From positions 27,754,769-27,818,768 of the forward strand of contig NC_068982.1 of NCBI RefSeq assembly GCF_001194135.2: 64,000 bases of DNA. Reading direction: 5' to 3'. The notes under the pieces were generated by a model. It did no database searches and was not told where the DNA came from. It saw nothing but the letters and a program-made list of their open reading frames with translations. Positions 61,420-64,000 of the stretch are shown piece by piece. The DNA comes from Octopus bimaculoides (Eukaryota). Both the position numbers and the translations under genes were made by a program. Numbering within the stretch: position 1 is the first letter of the stretch; each line of letters opens with the position of its first letter.

Positions 61420-63959
61420 TAAAAGGTGTTATGTTCTTTTCGGTATCTCAAATTACTTAAACTAATAAATGCATGTAATGCATATGGAAGATGACAGTTG
61501 CCTAAGTGGGTGGAATCTGAGGATGAAGGAGGCCAAGTAAGATATGGAACAAAACAGAGCTGCAAGAAGGATGAAAAGGGCTGCAACTTGTAGTAAAGTG
61601 CTATGTTACAGAGATCTCACCAACCCTATGTAAGCAAAGAAAAACAAATGTAAAAAAAATGATGGTAAAGGTAATGTAGACTGGGATGTATAGAATCTAC
61701 ACTTGGGTCACTCCCAACCATTAAGTCTCCCTGCACTGTTCTCTTCCTCTTTCTCATCTACCACTCACCCCTTTCCCATCAATGTGCCCTTCTACTATCA
61801 CTATCTTCAATCACCTATGTAATCAAGGATGGCATCACACTGGATCTGTCAGTATTCCTTCAGTTTCCCACTTATCACCTCATCTTTATTGCTAGTCATC
61901 TTTCTGCCCCTCTGATCATTCTTTTCCCTGTCACTCACTGACACCCATCACTTTCACCAACATCCATCACTCCTCAAATTACTCCTGCTCCTACCATTCA
62001 CTGACATCACTCTCTCCTTCCGAGCATTCACTTCTAGTACTCCAATTCTATTTCCATATCTCCCTCTTATGGCTCATGCTATTTCTGTTGAATTTTCTAA
62101 CAAACCATCCTCATGAAGCTATCTCACTTCCTCTTTGTTCTCTATCACCCACTAGTTCGGGTCCCTTTTCATTACTATCTACAAGGTAACACTCTGGTAT
62201 TGGAGATAACTATTCAGTGCTAGTGAATGAAAAAATACAGCAAATGGTAGAGAAGACACTAGTTTTGCCAAGGACAAGATAATCACCCAAGTGTAGGTGC
62301 CATGAAAAGATGTATCAAATACACACTGTAAAGTGGTTGGTGATAGAAAAGACATCAAGCCATAAAAACCATGCTCAATGCAGTCCTGTGTGTCATCAGA
62401 TCATGTTGAACCATCCAACTCAAGTCACATGAAAGACATGTTAAACCATGACGATGATGTAGTCCTAAGTTAACTCATCATCATGAAGAACAAGTTACTA
62501 CATAACATCCAAGGTCCTGTTATATTTTGCATTTAATATGCAAAACATCCCCCCACTCATATTGTTTATAGCTATATCAAATGTCCCTATGTTCCCCTCT
62601 TGCTAAGCTATCTACACACATACACAAACATAGCAGGTCTCCATTATTTGATAATGGAACTTCAGTTGTCCAAATCAGCTGAATAACTACTACTGAATTA
62701 ATGTGAAGTGGCTGAGCCTTCCACAAACACACGTACTCTTAATGTAATTCACAAGCAGAAGCAACATGACACAGAGTGTAGTAGTAAGGATGTACCTTTT
62801 GAATAACAGGTACAATTGAGCTGATAGGCTTGAATATAGTTTCTGCCTATCCAATTTCATTCACAAGTTATGGATTAGCTCAAGGCTGTAGACAATTACA
62901 TTTGCCCAATGTGTCAAAATGGAATCAAACCAGAGACCTCTTGGATGCAAAGCAAAATTCTTAACCATTTGGTCATACTGCATCTACATATATATCATTA
63001 TTTAATGTCCATGTTCCATGCTGGCATGTGTTGGATGGGTCCAACGACTGCATCATGCCTCAATATCTCCATTGGCAATGTTTTCTACAGTTGGAAGCCC
63101 TTCTTAAAACACACACACACACACACACTTTGGTTAGGCATTGCAATACTAATAACCTGATATAGAACTCAATATATAATGTTTCTGAATGAAGTGTTAG
63201 TAGAGTAAAGAGCAGTAATAAAAAATGAGAGGACAAAGGAATAAACTTGTGAACTTCATTAGCTTACAGCTGTTTCTGCTATTAATATGCAGTGGACTTA
63301 TAGTTGAGTGCCTCAGTAACACCTTATAGCTTCAGAGCTTCAAATATGAATGTAATTTGTTTGGGAAAAACAATTACATTTATGCATATACACAAAAAAA
63401 GTATCACAATGAGAAAACATGTACATGGCTTTTAAACTCCAGGTCTATTGTATTTATTGTACAAAAGTTCTAGTTAGCTGATTTTACTCGAGTTGTTTTG
63501 CTTGCTTATTTTAGATTTGCATCCCATTTCTAGAGGAATATTTTGTCTACTAACTACTTGGATTAATTTAGTTGACCAAAAGTTATCAACTCACCATATT
63601 ATAGAATACTCTACTTCTATTTGTGAATTATCCTCTCTTCGAAAATAGTGTGAAAAGTTAGTAGCTAAATCTACATAGAACCTCAAATTTAAATGAACAC
63701 TTTGTATTTTGTGAATTATAATGGCTAGTGAAGTTAGAATGCTGGATTACTGTCATGAAGATCATTACTTCCAATTTCACTATACATTTTATCCCATAGC
63801 AAGACACAATTTTCCCAATTTACAAGGCTAACAAAACAGGCAACACTCCTACATCATCAAATGAATGATTAACAGCAGCAAGAGTGTTCAGCAGTAATAC
63901 AATTGCTTAAAAAAGAGAAAAGAAATCCTACGAACATTAAATGATGGTGATGATAAAAA

Positions 63960-64000
<41 letters not shown>

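Noticed and set aside
63595-63680. GTGAGT donor as a possible upstream IQGAP exon
   Set aside because: The phase-0 frame hits a stop within 12 codons, the peptide is not IQGAP-like and there is no good acceptor. No upstream IQGAP exon was found between 58139 and 64000.
1-64000. CRISPR arrays, tRNA, rRNA or prokaryotic operons
   Set aside because: None seen; the tRNA-like A/B boxes belong to SINE heads, and the window is a spliced eukaryotic locus.

Overview
AT-rich animal genomic DNA. The SINE and microsatellite landscape looks cephalopod/octopus-like, which is an inference from the repeat families. Most of the window is the 3' ~83% of one IQGAP-family gene on the minus strand. I traced 33 coding exons from 58138 down to the stop at 4348-4350. 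All have GT-AG boundaries and continuous phase, and they total 4146 nt (1381 aa + stop): IQGAP repeats, WW, four IQ motifs, the RasGAP-related domain, RasGAP_C and the C-terminus ending NRKFYGR*. The N-terminal CH-domain exons were not found and probably lie beyond 64000. Introns hold a complete decayed mariner with TIRs and TA TSD that carries an in-frame SINE insertion, many tRNA-type SINEs, piggyBac-like and Tigger-like MITEs, LINE remnants, microsatellites and four N gaps. A second mariner remnant lies at the window start, beyond the 3' end of the gene. The most interesting unexplained signal is a set of candidate microexons and cassette exons in two GAP-domain introns. The best is a 6-nt GAGAAT exon at 30782-30787 with near-consensus splice sites. 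There is also a ~200-bp intronic foldback. All alternative-exon calls rest on sequence alone and need RNA evidence.
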